NCBI GenBank assembly: GCA_963664405.1
Contig: OY761158.1
Coordinates: 3,648,001-3,712,000 of the forward strand
Length of the DNA stretch: 64,000 nucleotides
Source: Thermoanaerobaculia bacterium
GTDB taxonomy: Bacteria; Acidobacteriota; Thermoanaerobaculia; Multivoradales; Multivoraceae
Direction of reading: 5' to 3'
The notes beneath the pieces were generated by a model, which saw nothing but the letters and a program-made list of their open reading frames with translations, did no database searches and was not told the origin of the DNA. The stretch's first letter is position 1; each line of letters opens with the position of its first letter. The translations under genes and the position numbers were made by a program. Shown here one piece after another: positions 47,065-55,632 of the stretch.

Positions 47065-47772
47065 GTGCTACGGGCGATCCTCTTTGGTTTCAGTGGTGTG
47101 CTTGTCGATGATCAGCCCCTCCACTTGGGTCTCTTCCGCCGGGTTCTTGCCGAGGACGACATAGAACTATCCGATGCGGAGTATTCAAAGCTCTACCAGA
47201 GTCGTGACGACAAGGACTTTCTCTCCGCGGTACTAAGAGGCAGGGGACAGCGCTTTGACGAGGCGCTGTTGATGCGGCTACTCACCCGCAAGGCGAGCTA
47301 CTTTCGGGAGCAGATCCGGGTTGAGGGCTTTCCTTTCTTTCAAGGAGCTCTCCAATTGGTGAGGAAGGCCGCCGAGGAGTCCTTCACTCTGGGTGTGGTT
47401 TCTCGCGCCCTGCGCGGTGAGATCGAGGCGGCGCTAGAGCAGCCGGCTGTCGGAGGCCTGTTCAAGGTCGTCGTCTCTGCCGAGGATGTGGAGGAGACGA
47501 AGCCGGACCCGGAAGCCTATCGCCGCGCCCTGAGCGATCTGAACAGCGTGCCTCCGCTCCCTTCCAGGCTTTATCACCCGCATGAGGTGCTTGCGGTCGA
47601 AAACAGCGTCTCGGGTCTCGCCGCCGCACGAGCGGCCGGCTTGGTGACGCTCGGCGTATCGCACAGCTCTTCGAGTGAGGGGCTCGCCGGCGCGGATCTG
47701 GTAGTCGGGGGCTTGGGTGAGGTCCGCCTCGACGTCCTGCAGCAACAGCTGGCCGAGGCTAGCCGGAGCTAG
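47065..47772 (+). CDS. HAD-family phosphatase-like protein (motif I aspartates absent)
   Basis: AILFGFSGVLVDD, KPDPEAY, ENS..G..AA..AG. Confidence 0.8.
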   Translation: MLRAILFGFSGVLVDDQPLHLGLFRRVLAEDDIELSDAEYSKLYQSRDDKDFLSAVLRGRGQRFDEALLMRLLTRKASYFREQIRVEGFPFFQGALQLVRKAAEESFTLGVVSRALRGEIEAALEQPAVGGLFKVVVSAEDVEETKPDPEAYRRALSDLNSVPPLPSRLYHPHEVLAVENSVSGLAAARAAGLVTLGVSHSSSSEGLAGADLVVGGLGEVRLDVLQQQLAEASRS

Positions 47773-47935
47773 TGTCCTGTATCAGTAGTTCGTCACACAA
47801 CTCGCTGGCCCTTTTGCGCGCTGCCGTCGTTGCTCCTCCTCGCAATATTGCCCAATATACCTTCGTCGTAGCGCCTTGGCAGCACCCAAAATGACTGCGC
47901 GATTTATGCAACGAACCACTGATACAGGACACTAG
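47769..47935 (+). repeat. Repeat family A copy 4
   Basis: CTAGTGTCCTGTATCAGT ... ACTGATACAGGACACTAG arms; core CCTCGCAATATTGCCCAATATACCTTCGTC; the right CTAG is shared with the split repeat B. Confidence 0.88.
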
Positions 47936-47962
47936 GAGCGTGTATCTGGACTCCAATGTCAA

Positions 47963-48290
47963 CAGGGGTGGGTCGGTCTTCTTGTTTTTGATAGAGGTTT
48001 CCTTGGTGTGTAATCACAGGCAGTATGGAGGTCGATGGTGAGTCAAGACAGCAGACGTATCTCCGGCCTGTAGTGGGCGATTATTAGCGCCGGGCCATGA
48101 TGAAGAAATGCGCGTGAGGGAGCCGAATCGTCCGAAAGGGCCTCGAAGGCCAACGCTCCTATCGGCTTTTCCCCCCACGCCAGTCTGACTGGAAACCATC
48201 AGAATTCTCTACTCGCGCTGTCGGAGTGTTTGTGAGTGTTCAATTTGAAGTCTTCGGGTGCGTTGGGGTCCAGAGATCGAGGCCAAGGGC
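47963..48290 (-). ncRNA. Putative bridge RNA / seekRNA of the IS1111-type element (ends approximate)
   Basis: Matches to target flanks (48202-48209, 48153-48161) and to IS ends (48097-48104, 48058-48062); position as in IS1111 elements. Confidence 0.7.
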
Positions 48291-49331
48291 TCAGGCCGTG
48301 ACTTGCCGTGGAGGCTGCAGCTGGAAGGAGGTCTCGTGGGTCCAGACCGCCCAGACAACGCGTGCGAGCTTGTTGGCGAGGGCAACGGCGGCCCGGTTCC
48401 GTCCCCGCGAGCTCTCGACTCTGAGGGCCCACTGTTCGAGCCTACCGGCGGGTCCCTTTCTCCTCGCCCAGCTGAGCACCGACCTGGCGCCATGAATGAG
48501 GAGAGTTCGTAAGTACGCGTCCCCGCGTTTGCTGATCCTGCCGAGCCACCGCCGAGCGCCACTGGAGTGTTCCCTGGGAGTCAGTCCGAGATAGCTGGCG
48601 AGATGCCGGCCGCTTTTGAAGCGGCGAATGTCTCCGATCCAAGCGACCATGGCTGTGGCCGTGAGTACGCCTACGCCCTTGATCGTCAGGAGTCGCTTCA
48701 CGGCCTCGTCCTGGCGCGCGAGGGCTTGGATCTGTGCCTCGAGCTCTTGGATCTTCGTGGTCAGCTCGTCGATGTGGTCACAGATGCTTTCGAAAAAGGG
48801 TCGCAAGACGAGCGGGATCTCGGTATCCGGATCCGCGAGCCAGACGCGGACGCGCGGCAGGACCTGGGCGCGTCCCTGGGGCAGAAAGAGCCCGAGCTCT
48901 CGTAGGTGCCCGCGCAGAGCATTGATGTGGGCGGTGCGATCGTCCATGAACGACGAACGGATGCGATGGAGCGTGGTCATCGTCTGCTGCTCGAGCGATT
49001 TGACCGGTACGGGTAGGATGTCCTCGTTTCGATGCGCCTCGAGCATGCCCGTGGTATCCGTTCGATCCGATTTATTGCGCAACACATAGCGCCGGGTGAA
49101 ATGCGGTGGCAGCAGGATCACCTCGTGGCCGAGACTCTGAATACGCCGGCCCCAGTAGTGCGCCGAACCGCAGGCTTCCATGAGGACGGTCGCGGGCTTG
49201 ATCTGCGCGAAGAACCTGAGGAATTTCGCCCTTCGCACGCGCTGCCTCTCGGCGACCTTACCCGGCTCGTAAGACACCGCGATCTCGAAGACATCCTTGG
49301 CGATATCGACTGCGATACGTGTACTCTTCAT
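48291..49331 (-). CDS. IS110-family DEDD recombinase/transposase
   Basis: AVDIAK, MEACG, NKSDRTD (DEDD), GVG..TA, YLGLTP..HSSG, ISKRGD.YLR.LL..GA, A.VALANKLAR. Confidence 0.95.
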   Translation of the reverse strand: MKSTRIAVDIAKDVFEIAVSYEPGKVAERQRVRRAKFLRFFAQIKPATVLMEACGSAHYWGRRIQSLGHEVILLPPHFTRRYVLRNKSDRTDTTGMLEAHRNEDILPVPVKSLEQQTMTTLHRIRSSFMDDRTAHINALRGHLRELGLFLPQGRAQVLPRVRVWLADPDTEIPLVLRPFFESICDHIDELTTKIQELEAQIQALARQDEAVKRLLTIKGVGVLTATAMVAWIGDIRRFKSGRHLASYLGLTPREHSSGARRWLGRISKRGDAYLRTLLIHGARSVLSWARRKGPAGRLEQWALRVESSRGRNRAAVALANKLARVVWAVWTHETSFQLQPPRQVTA

Positions 49332-49420
49332 CGTGGACTCCCTTTCTACGATCAACGTTTGCGACTTAGGTGACCCCTGGCACATAGATGCCGAAGTCAC
49401 CGGGGAGTCCATTTCATCAT

Positions 49421-49499
49421 CCGAGAATTCGGACAGGCGAGTAGTTCTTAGGCGGGGATGGGCCGGAGAACGGGCCGAAGGCGCGTTTTCTGGGGCTAG
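49421..49499 (-). repeat. Repeat family B, larger part of the IS-interrupted copy (remaining 12 bp at 47932-47943)
   Basis: Reverse complement matches the first 79 bp of 21601-21691. Confidence 0.92.
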
Positions 49500-49564
49500 G
49501 CTCAGACGAGGGTGGTGATCGCCCTCGTTCTCGAGGATCCCGGTGATACGATCGCCGATCCCTG

Positions 49565-50161
49565 ATGACGGAAGCGGGAGCCAGAGAACCGGCCAGCGGC
49601 CAGATTGAAGTGATCAGTGGTGGAATGTTCTCGGGCAAGAGCGAGGAGCTGCTTCGTCGCCTCCGACGAGCGGTGATCGCGCGGCAGAAGGTTCAGGCCT
49701 TCAAGCCAGCGGCCGACACTCGGCACGCCCCCCAGCGACTGATTACGCGTGACAATCGCGAAGTCTCCGCCATGTCGGTGGGTGACAGCACCGAGCTTGC
49801 GCGAGTTCTCGCGCCCGACGTTCAAGTGATAGGAATCGACGAGCCGCAGTTTTTCGACGAGGGGCTTATAACCCTCTCGTCCACCCTGGCCGATCAGGGC
49901 GTGAGGGTGATCATCGCTGGACTCGATCAGGACTTCCTGCGTCGACCCTTCGGACCGATGCCTGGCCTCTTGGCACTGGCCGAGTTCGTCGACAAGATGC
50001 ACGCGATCTGCGTGGTTTGTGGATCTCGTGCTCACTTTACCCAGCGCATTGCGGGCGGAGCCGAGCTGGTGCAGGTTGGCGACGACGACTACTACGAGGC
50101 TCGCTGCCGTACCTGCTATGAGCTTGGTCCGCGGCCGAAGGCGGCTAGCCTGCCGAGATGA
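49565..50161 (+). CDS. tdk: Thymidine kinase
   Basis: GGMFSGKSEEL, IGIDEPQF, AGLDQDF, CVVCG, YEARCRTC. Confidence 0.95.
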   Translation: MTEAGAREPASGQIEVISGGMFSGKSEELLRRLRRAVIARQKVQAFKPAADTRHAPQRLITRDNREVSAMSVGDSTELARVLAPDVQVIGIDEPQFFDEGLITLSSTLADQGVRVIIAGLDQDFLRRPFGPMPGLLALAEFVDKMHAICVVCGSRAHFTQRIAGGAELVQVGDDDYYEARCRTCYELGPRPKAASLPR

Positions 50162-50166
50162 TGCCT

Positions 50167-50194
50167 AGGACACGACGGCTATCGTGTCCTTCTT
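50167..50194 (+). terminator. Possible intrinsic terminator hairpin after tdk
   Basis: AGGACACGA-N6-TCGTGTCCT stem followed by only a weak T-tract (TCTT). Confidence 0.4.
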
Positions 50195-50362
50195 CTAGTG
50201 GACCGTAACACCCAAACGTTGAGCCCCTGAGCGGCCCTCGCGGCCGATCTCTGCGTTACGCTTCCTCGACATAGTCCCCGCTATGCCTGCGTCAGCGCGC
50301 CTTGATCTCGACCACGAATGACTCACTCAGCCACTAAACGTTCGAGTGTTACGGTCCACTAG
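50195..50362 (+). repeat. Repeat family A copy 5
   Basis: Perfect CTAGTGGACCGTAACAC / GTGTTACGGTCCACTAG ends; near-identical to 3238-3405. Confidence 0.92.
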
Positions 50363-50366
50363 TTCC

Positions 50367-51029
50367 TTACCTTCGTTCTAGGCATGTCTTGGAGATACTC
50401 GCCGAGAGTGCAGCTCGGAGAGGGGCCACGTCAGTCGAGGTGCCGAGGTCGTGGCCAACGCCGGGGATCGCCTCAATTACTACGGCCTTTCCCCAATTCG
50501 ACGCGGCCCCGCGCAAGACCTTTTCCGGAGTCAGATCGTCGTTCTCGCCGAAAATGACTGCGGTCGGCGCCGACTCGAGCTGCCAGGAGGCAGCGTCGTA
50601 ATGAGAAATGGGGGGTGCCAATAGAAGATGAGCATGGATCTCGAGATCGGCGGCTTGCTGCGTGCCTGCCAAGGTTGCGGTTACCACCGCACCGAAGGAA
50701 TAGCCGGCGAGGCAGAGCGGCAGGCCGGGGTTGCGTCGACGCAGCTCCGACGCGCTGACCAGGAGGTCGAAGCGTTCTCCGTTGCCGCTGTCGTGGCTGC
50801 CGGAGCTGTGCCCGACACCGCGGAAATTGAAGCGAAGGGTGGCGGCTCCGGCAGCCAGCAAGGCGCGCTCGGTCTCGAGCACTACTCGGTTCTGCATGTT
50901 GCCACCATAGAGGGGGTGAGGGTGCGAGATGACGGCACACAGCCGCGGGTCACCGCGTGGCAGTGCGAGCTCGGCCTCGAGGTCGCCGGCAGGTCCGCTG
51001 AGGGCGATAGGGTTGTGAACCGCCATCAA
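50367..51029 (-). CDS. Alpha/beta hydrolase
   Basis: HPHPLYGGNM, FNFRGVG, GYSFG. Confidence 0.88.
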   Translation of the reverse strand: MMAVHNPIALSGPAGDLEAELALPRGDPRLCAVISHPHPLYGGNMQNRVVLETERALLAAGAATLRFNFRGVGHSSGSHDSGNGERFDLLVSASELRRRNPGLPLCLAGYSFGAVVTATLAGTQQAADLEIHAHLLLAPPISHYDAASWQLESAPTAVIFGENDDLTPEKVLRGAASNWGKAVVIEAIPGVGHDLGTSTDVAPLRAALSASISKTCLERR

Positions 51030-51535
51030 GGAGCTGGAGAAGATCCCTCGATGAGGCGAAACGCCTTAGCCACGGCTTCCTTGGCGGACGCTGCCCGCGG
51101 GATCTCTCCGAGGCCTTGGCCGTCTGGTCCTTCAACGCTCCAGCTCTCGAGTAGAACCAGTGGGATCTGATACTTCATTGCCAGACCGATCTCCGAGAGA
51201 GTGCCCCATTCACCCCCAATGGCAATGACGGCGTTACTCGAGAGGACGATGACCTGGTTCCGCACCTGACCCATCCCGGTGTAAACGACGAAGTCCAGAT
51301 GAGGATTGGGTTTAGAGCTCTCCGGTCCGGTACCCGGAAAGATGCCGAGAGTCGTTCCGCCTGCTGTCTTGGCACCCGAGCAGGCGGCTTCCATGACGCC
51401 GGCGCCTCCGCCGCATACCAGCACGGCATCGAAGCGGGCCAGCTGCCGGCCGGCTTCGAAAGCGAGCTTGGTCGCCGCCTCTGAGCACCGCGTACCTCCG
51501 ACAATGCCGACTGTGCGGCGCCGTTGCTCGGTCAT
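51026..51535 (-). CDS. TIGR00725 / LOG-like Rossmann-fold protein
   Basis: CGGG.GVMEA, RNQV, GGEWGTLSE. Confidence 0.85.
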   Translation of the reverse strand: MTEQRRRTVGIVGGTRCSEAATKLAFEAGRQLARFDAVLVCGGGAGVMEAACSGAKTAGGTTLGIFPGTGPESSKPNPHLDFVVYTGMGQVRNQVIVLSSNAVIAIGGEWGTLSEIGLAMKYQIPLVLLESWSVEGPDGQGLGEIPRAASAKEAVAKAFRLIEGSSPAP

Positions 51536-51586
51536 CTGCGTGGTATCCTACCCCGTCCCGCCACTGGGAGAGACCCCCCTCAGGTA

Positions 51587-52186
51587 GTGCCTACGCCGCG
51601 GACAGACGAACCCCTCGTGCCTGCCAATCGTTCCGACGCAGATTTGGTCGCGCTCGTCGAGCAGCAGGACCAGGCCGCGCTGGCCCACCTCTATGAGAAA
51701 TTTTCCGGAGTTCTGTTGGCCCTGATCTCCGGGATTCTCGGCAGATCCGGAGATGCAGAGGAGGTGCTCCAAGAAGTGTTCATGCAAGCCTGGCGGCAGG
51801 CGGACCGCTACGACGCCTCGCGCTCCTCGGTGTCCAATTGGCTCTCTCTGATTGCGCGAAGCCGCGCCATCGATCGCCTACGAAGCCGGAACGTGATGCA
51901 GCGGACTGCAACGGCCGCCTACGCGGAAAAGCGCGATGACAATGCATCCCCTGAGGGCTCGCGGAACGTACTGTACTCGGAGAGAAGGACAAGGATTCGA
52001 GCCTCTCTCGCCGAGCTTCCGAAGGAGCAGGCCGAGGTTATCGAGCTGGCCTTCTTCAAAGGCATGACCCAGAGCGAGATTGCTGATTCGACCGGAATCC
52101 CGCTCGGAACCGTAAAGACTCGTACCTTGTTGGCAATGAAAAAGCTTCGTGTCGCACTACAATCCGAGCTGAGGGACCTCCTGTGA
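51587..52186 (+). CDS. ECF sigma factor (SigK-like)
   Basis: AEEVLQEVF..W, W...IARSRAIDRLR, LP.EQ..VIELAFF.G.TQSEIA...PLGTVKTR; start uncertain. Confidence 0.9.
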   Translation: MPTPRTDEPLVPANRSDADLVALVEQQDQAALAHLYEKFSGVLLALISGILGRSGDAEEVLQEVFMQAWRQADRYDASRSSVSNWLSLIARSRAIDRLRSRNVMQRTATAAYAEKRDDNASPEGSRNVLYSERRTRIRASLAELPKEQAEVIELAFFKGMTQSEIADSTGIPLGTVKTRTLLAMKKLRVALQSELRDLL

Positions 52187-53007
52187 GCGATCGAGAAGAC
52201 GCCATCCTGGAGCGAGTCCTGCGCCAGGTCGAGAACGGTGGTCTCGAGGACCCGACTCTGGATCTCGAAGTCGAGGATCGTGCTACCTGGCGTGAGCTCT
52301 CCGAGCTGGTGACTTTGCTGCCCTACGCCTTGGACCCGATCGAGCCAGATCCGGCGGTGAAGGCCTCGCTGATGTCACGCCTCGACGAGAACCGAGTCTC
52401 TGTCGATGAGCCTTCCGCAACTCTGCCCTTTCCAGCTCCAGCTCCCAACTCGATGCGCTCGTTGCAGTTTCTCGCGGCTGCTCTCGGCGTTCTTGCTCTC
52501 GGCCTCGCGCTTCTATCAGGATGGATGTTCCGCGGTAGCCAGCTCCGCGAAGACACGATCTCTCGTCTGAACGCCGCGCTGATTGCTAGTAGCCGGCAGC
52601 AGGTGGAGCTTGGCCCCACTTATGAGCAGCTGGGAGCCATGCGCTCGGTGGTGACATCTTCGGGCATGAGTATCTGCCCGCTTCGCCCGTGGGGCGACAG
52701 CCCGGCGCAGCCGATCGCCCGCGGCGTCATGTACTTTGATGGCGCTAAGCAAAGGTGGCTGTTGACGGCGCGAGGGCTAGAGCCTTGCGACAAGGGCTCC
52801 AAATATGCGCTGTGGTTCATGGTCGGCGAGAAGGCTGTGCGCGGAGGTAGTTTCGAGGTTGAACCGAACCTCGCGGTCACTCTTGGCGCCGATCAGATGC
52901 CCGAAGGCACCACGGCTGTTCTGCTCACCCTCGAGGCCGATGCCGACGCGCCGGAGCCCACCGGCCCCAGGATCCTCTTCGGCGACGAGACCGAAGAGAT
53001 GCTCTGA
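52183..53007 (+). CDS. Anti-sigma factor (RskA-like)
   Basis: Coupled to the sigma gene; central TM; YALW...GSF...LTLE....PTGP C-terminus. Confidence 0.82.
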   Translation: MSDREDAILERVLRQVENGGLEDPTLDLEVEDRATWRELSELVTLLPYALDPIEPDPAVKASLMSRLDENRVSVDEPSATLPFPAPAPNSMRSLQFLAAALGVLALGLALLSGWMFRGSQLREDTISRLNAALIASSRQQVELGPTYEQLGAMRSVVTSSGMSICPLRPWGDSPAQPIARGVMYFDGAKQRWLLTARGLEPCDKGSKYALWFMVGEKAVRGGSFEVEPNLAVTLGADQMPEGTTAVLLTLEADADAPEPTGPRILFGDETEEML

Positions 53008-53181
53008 TCGATCCGGCGGGGGCTCGGATCACTTCCGAGGGCGGCGCGATAGACTGCTTCCTCTTGGGCGCTCGGTCTTCGCCGATCCTGCGGGTCGGAA
53101 TGTGGATCTTGTTCGAGTTGTTTCCATAAGTAACGGGTTCTCGGCGAAGAGCGAACCGAGAAGCTTTTGAAAGGTGTGTCG

Positions 53182-53874
53182 ATGTTCTATTTCGATCCGA
53201 TCTACTTCGTCGTCTTGGCGCCGGCCATGTTGTTCTCTCTTTGGGCCAGCTACCGAACCAAATCGGCGTTCACCAAGTACTCCAAGGTCCGTGCTACGAG
53301 CGGCCTGACCGGTGCCGAGGCGGCTCGGCGACTCCTCGCCTCGGCTGGCATAAACGATGTCGAGATCGTGCGCACCGCTGGAACGCTTTCGGATCACTAC
53401 AACCCCGCCACCAAGAAGCTGGCCCTTTCAGATTCCGTTTACAGCCAGCCCTCGATTGCGGCGATCGGCGTTGCCTGCCACGAGGCGGGGCATGCCATTC
53501 AGCACGCGAAACACTATGCCCCGCTGTGGGCTCGCTCAGTGCTCGTCCCTAGTGCCGGCATCGGCTCCAAGCTGGGCTATATCGTCATGTTTCTCGGCCT
53601 GATTCTCCAGATCACGCCGCTCTTTTTGGTGGGCGTCGGTCTCTTCTCGCTGGTTCTCCTCTTCCAGCTGGTGACTCTTCCGGTGGAATTCGACGCTTCG
53701 GCACGAGCCAAGAGCCTCGCTTTTTCACAGGGGCTGATCCTCGAGAACGAGCGCGCTGGCGTGGCGAAGGTGCTCAACGCGGCGGCCCTCACCTACGTCG
53801 CCGCGGTGGTGACCTCGCTGCTGACCCTTCTCTACTACCTGATGCGGTCTGGGCTCCTCGGCGGCCGCCGATAA
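53182..53874 (+). CDS. Membrane zinc metallopeptidase (Zn_peptidase_2 / YugP-like)
   Basis: LSDHYNP, HEAGHAIQH, TLPVEFDAS, AAALTYV. Confidence 0.92.
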   Translation: MFYFDPIYFVVLAPAMLFSLWASYRTKSAFTKYSKVRATSGLTGAEAARRLLASAGINDVEIVRTAGTLSDHYNPATKKLALSDSVYSQPSIAAIGVACHEAGHAIQHAKHYAPLWARSVLVPSAGIGSKLGYIVMFLGLILQITPLFLVGVGLFSLVLLFQLVTLPVEFDASARAKSLAFSQGLILENERAGVAKVLNAAALTYVAAVVTSLLTLLYYLMRSGLLGGRR

Positions 53875-54038
53875 GGTGCCGTGTCTCCGACATGGCTTAC
53901 CAATATCTCGGCCCCTTTTGCCCGCTGCCGTCGTCGCGACTCGTCGACATATTCCCAATATGCCTGCCTCGTCGCTCCTTGACAGCGAACAAAATGACCT
54001 CGAGCTCTTGGCAAGCCATGTCGGAGACACGGCACTAG
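53873..54038 (+). repeat. Repeat family A copy 6
   Basis: GTGCCGTGTCTCCGACATGGCTT ... AAGCCATGTCGGAGACACGGCACTAG arms; core TCGACATATTCCCAATATGCCTGCCTC. Confidence 0.86.
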
Positions 54039-54061
54039 CGCCTGCCGTTCAGGGCACCCCA

Positions 54062-55411
54062 CTAGACGGGCTCCCCTAGCAGGCCGACTAGAAGCTCTTG
54101 CTTCTCGGCAAGCAGTGTCTTCGTGGTCGCCTCGGCGACCAGACGCAGGAGTGGTTCTGTGTTCGACGGCCGGACATTGAACCACCAGTCCGGGTACTCC
54201 ACCGTGATGCCGTCTACGTAGTCGATGCGTCCGTCGGCGAAACGCTCGCTGAGCTCGGTGATAGCGCCACTCTTGTCTTCAACTTCGAAGTTGATCTCTG
54301 GAGTTTTGGCGTAACGCAGGAGTGGAGCGACGATCTTCGACATCGCTATCCCGCGTCGGCGTAGAAGGTTGAGCACCTCGAATACGGCCATCAGGGCACA
54401 GTCGGCGTTGAAGTTATCGCGGAAGTAGTAGTGGCCCGCCAACTCTCCGCCGAAGATTCCCTCGTGCTTTCGAAGCGTTGCTTTGATGAAAGAGTGCCCA
54501 ACCCGCTCCCGCACCGGTATGCCGCCGCACTCGGCGATGTACTCAGCCACGGCTCTCGAGGAGCGTAGATCGTAGATGACAGCCTTGCCCGGCTCCCGGG
54601 CGAGGAGTTCGCCGGCGATCAGGGCGGTTGCCAGATCACTGCCGATCGGCTCGCCTTTCTCGTCAACGAAGGCGGCGCGATCCGCGTCGCCGTCGAAGGC
54701 AACTCCCAGATCGGCTCCGGTCTCTCTGACTCTTGAACAGAGGTCGGCCAGGTTCTCCAACTTGAGCGGGTTCGCCTCGTGATTGGGAAAACTTCCGTCG
54801 AGATCGAAGTACAGTAAGTCGAGATCGACGCCGGTCTGCTCGAGGAGCGACCGATAGATACACCCCATGCCATTGGCCGCGTCGACGACGATCTTCAATC
54901 GTCGAGCCGTTGGAAGCTCCTCGAGGAAGCCGAGCAGATGCTGGGAATAGGCACCGGAGATGTCAGTGCTGCGGAGCTCGCCGTTCTCCGACCCAGCACG
55001 TTGCGGTGGAGCCTCCACCAACCCCTCCAGGCGCAGGATTCCGTTGTCGCCGGATACAGGGCGCGCATTCTCGAGGCTGAACTTGAATCCGTTGTAGCGA
55101 GGGGGGTTGTGGCTTGCAGTGACCTGAATGCCGCCGCTGGCGCCGAGGTGGCCGACCGCGAAGTAGTTCATCGGTGTGGTCACGAGGCCGATGTCGACAA
55201 CGTCGACGCCTCGGGAACGAATTCCCTTGATCAGTGCGGATTGCAAGGGCTCGCTATGCTGCCGCATGTCGCGACCTACGACGATCGGTGCGGTGCGGCC
55301 ACCCTTGTCGAGAATGTCCGGGAAGGCCACTCCGACCGCTTCAGCCGTCGCCTCGTCGATCTCTTCGGGGTAGATCCCGCGGACATCGTAAGCCTTGAAG
55401 ATTCCGGCCAT
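54062..55411 (-). CDS. Phosphomannomutase/phosphoglucomutase
   Basis: FKAYDVRG, TASHNP, DGDADR, GELAGH, VRPSNTEP. Confidence 0.94.
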   Translation of the reverse strand: MAGIFKAYDVRGIYPEEIDEATAEAVGVAFPDILDKGGRTAPIVVGRDMRQHSEPLQSALIKGIRSRGVDVVDIGLVTTPMNYFAVGHLGASGGIQVTASHNPPRYNGFKFSLENARPVSGDNGILRLEGLVEAPPQRAGSENGELRSTDISGAYSQHLLGFLEELPTARRLKIVVDAANGMGCIYRSLLEQTGVDLDLLYFDLDGSFPNHEANPLKLENLADLCSRVRETGADLGVAFDGDADRAAFVDEKGEPIGSDLATALIAGELLAREPGKAVIYDLRSSRAVAEYIAECGGIPVRERVGHSFIKATLRKHEGIFGGELAGHYYFRDNFNADCALMAVFEVLNLLRRRGIAMSKIVAPLLRYAKTPEINFEVEDKSGAITELSERFADGRIDYVDGITVEYPDWWFNVRPSNTEPLLRLVAEATTKTLLAEKQELLVGLLGEPV

Positions 55412-55632
55412 TCTCAGACCCTTTCTAGCTGGAAGGAGCGCTTGCGATCATGAGGGGCAGGTACGAGCGCGGAGATCGCCGAAGCAGGGATGCGGAGCAT
55501 AGCAAAGGCACCTGAAGGCGCCCAGGGGGTAGGCCTTTTCCAGCGTTCCTTTTTTGGCTTATACTCCCCCAACTCTCCTCCGGGAGACGCGGAAACAGGC
55601 TCCACCGAGGGGCCAGTAGGAATACCCCTGAG

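Larger units (their letters stand above)
47944..49420 (-). mobile_element. IS110-superfamily insertion sequence, IS1111-type, inserted in repeat B
   Basis: Removing 47944-49420 restores an intact 91 bp repeat B; sub-terminal IRs TGGACTCC (47947-47954) and GGAGTCCA (49404-49411); long non-coding region 3' of the transposase. Confidence 0.93.

Noticed and set aside
49332-49412. Longer transposase start at 49412
   Set aside because: It lies within the sub-terminal repeat; the DEDD domain and an RBS-like sequence point to ATG 49331.
3238-54038. Repeat A as integron attC sites
   Set aside because: No RYYYAAC/GTTRRRY ends, no integrase, and the neighbours are housekeeping genes rather than cassettes.
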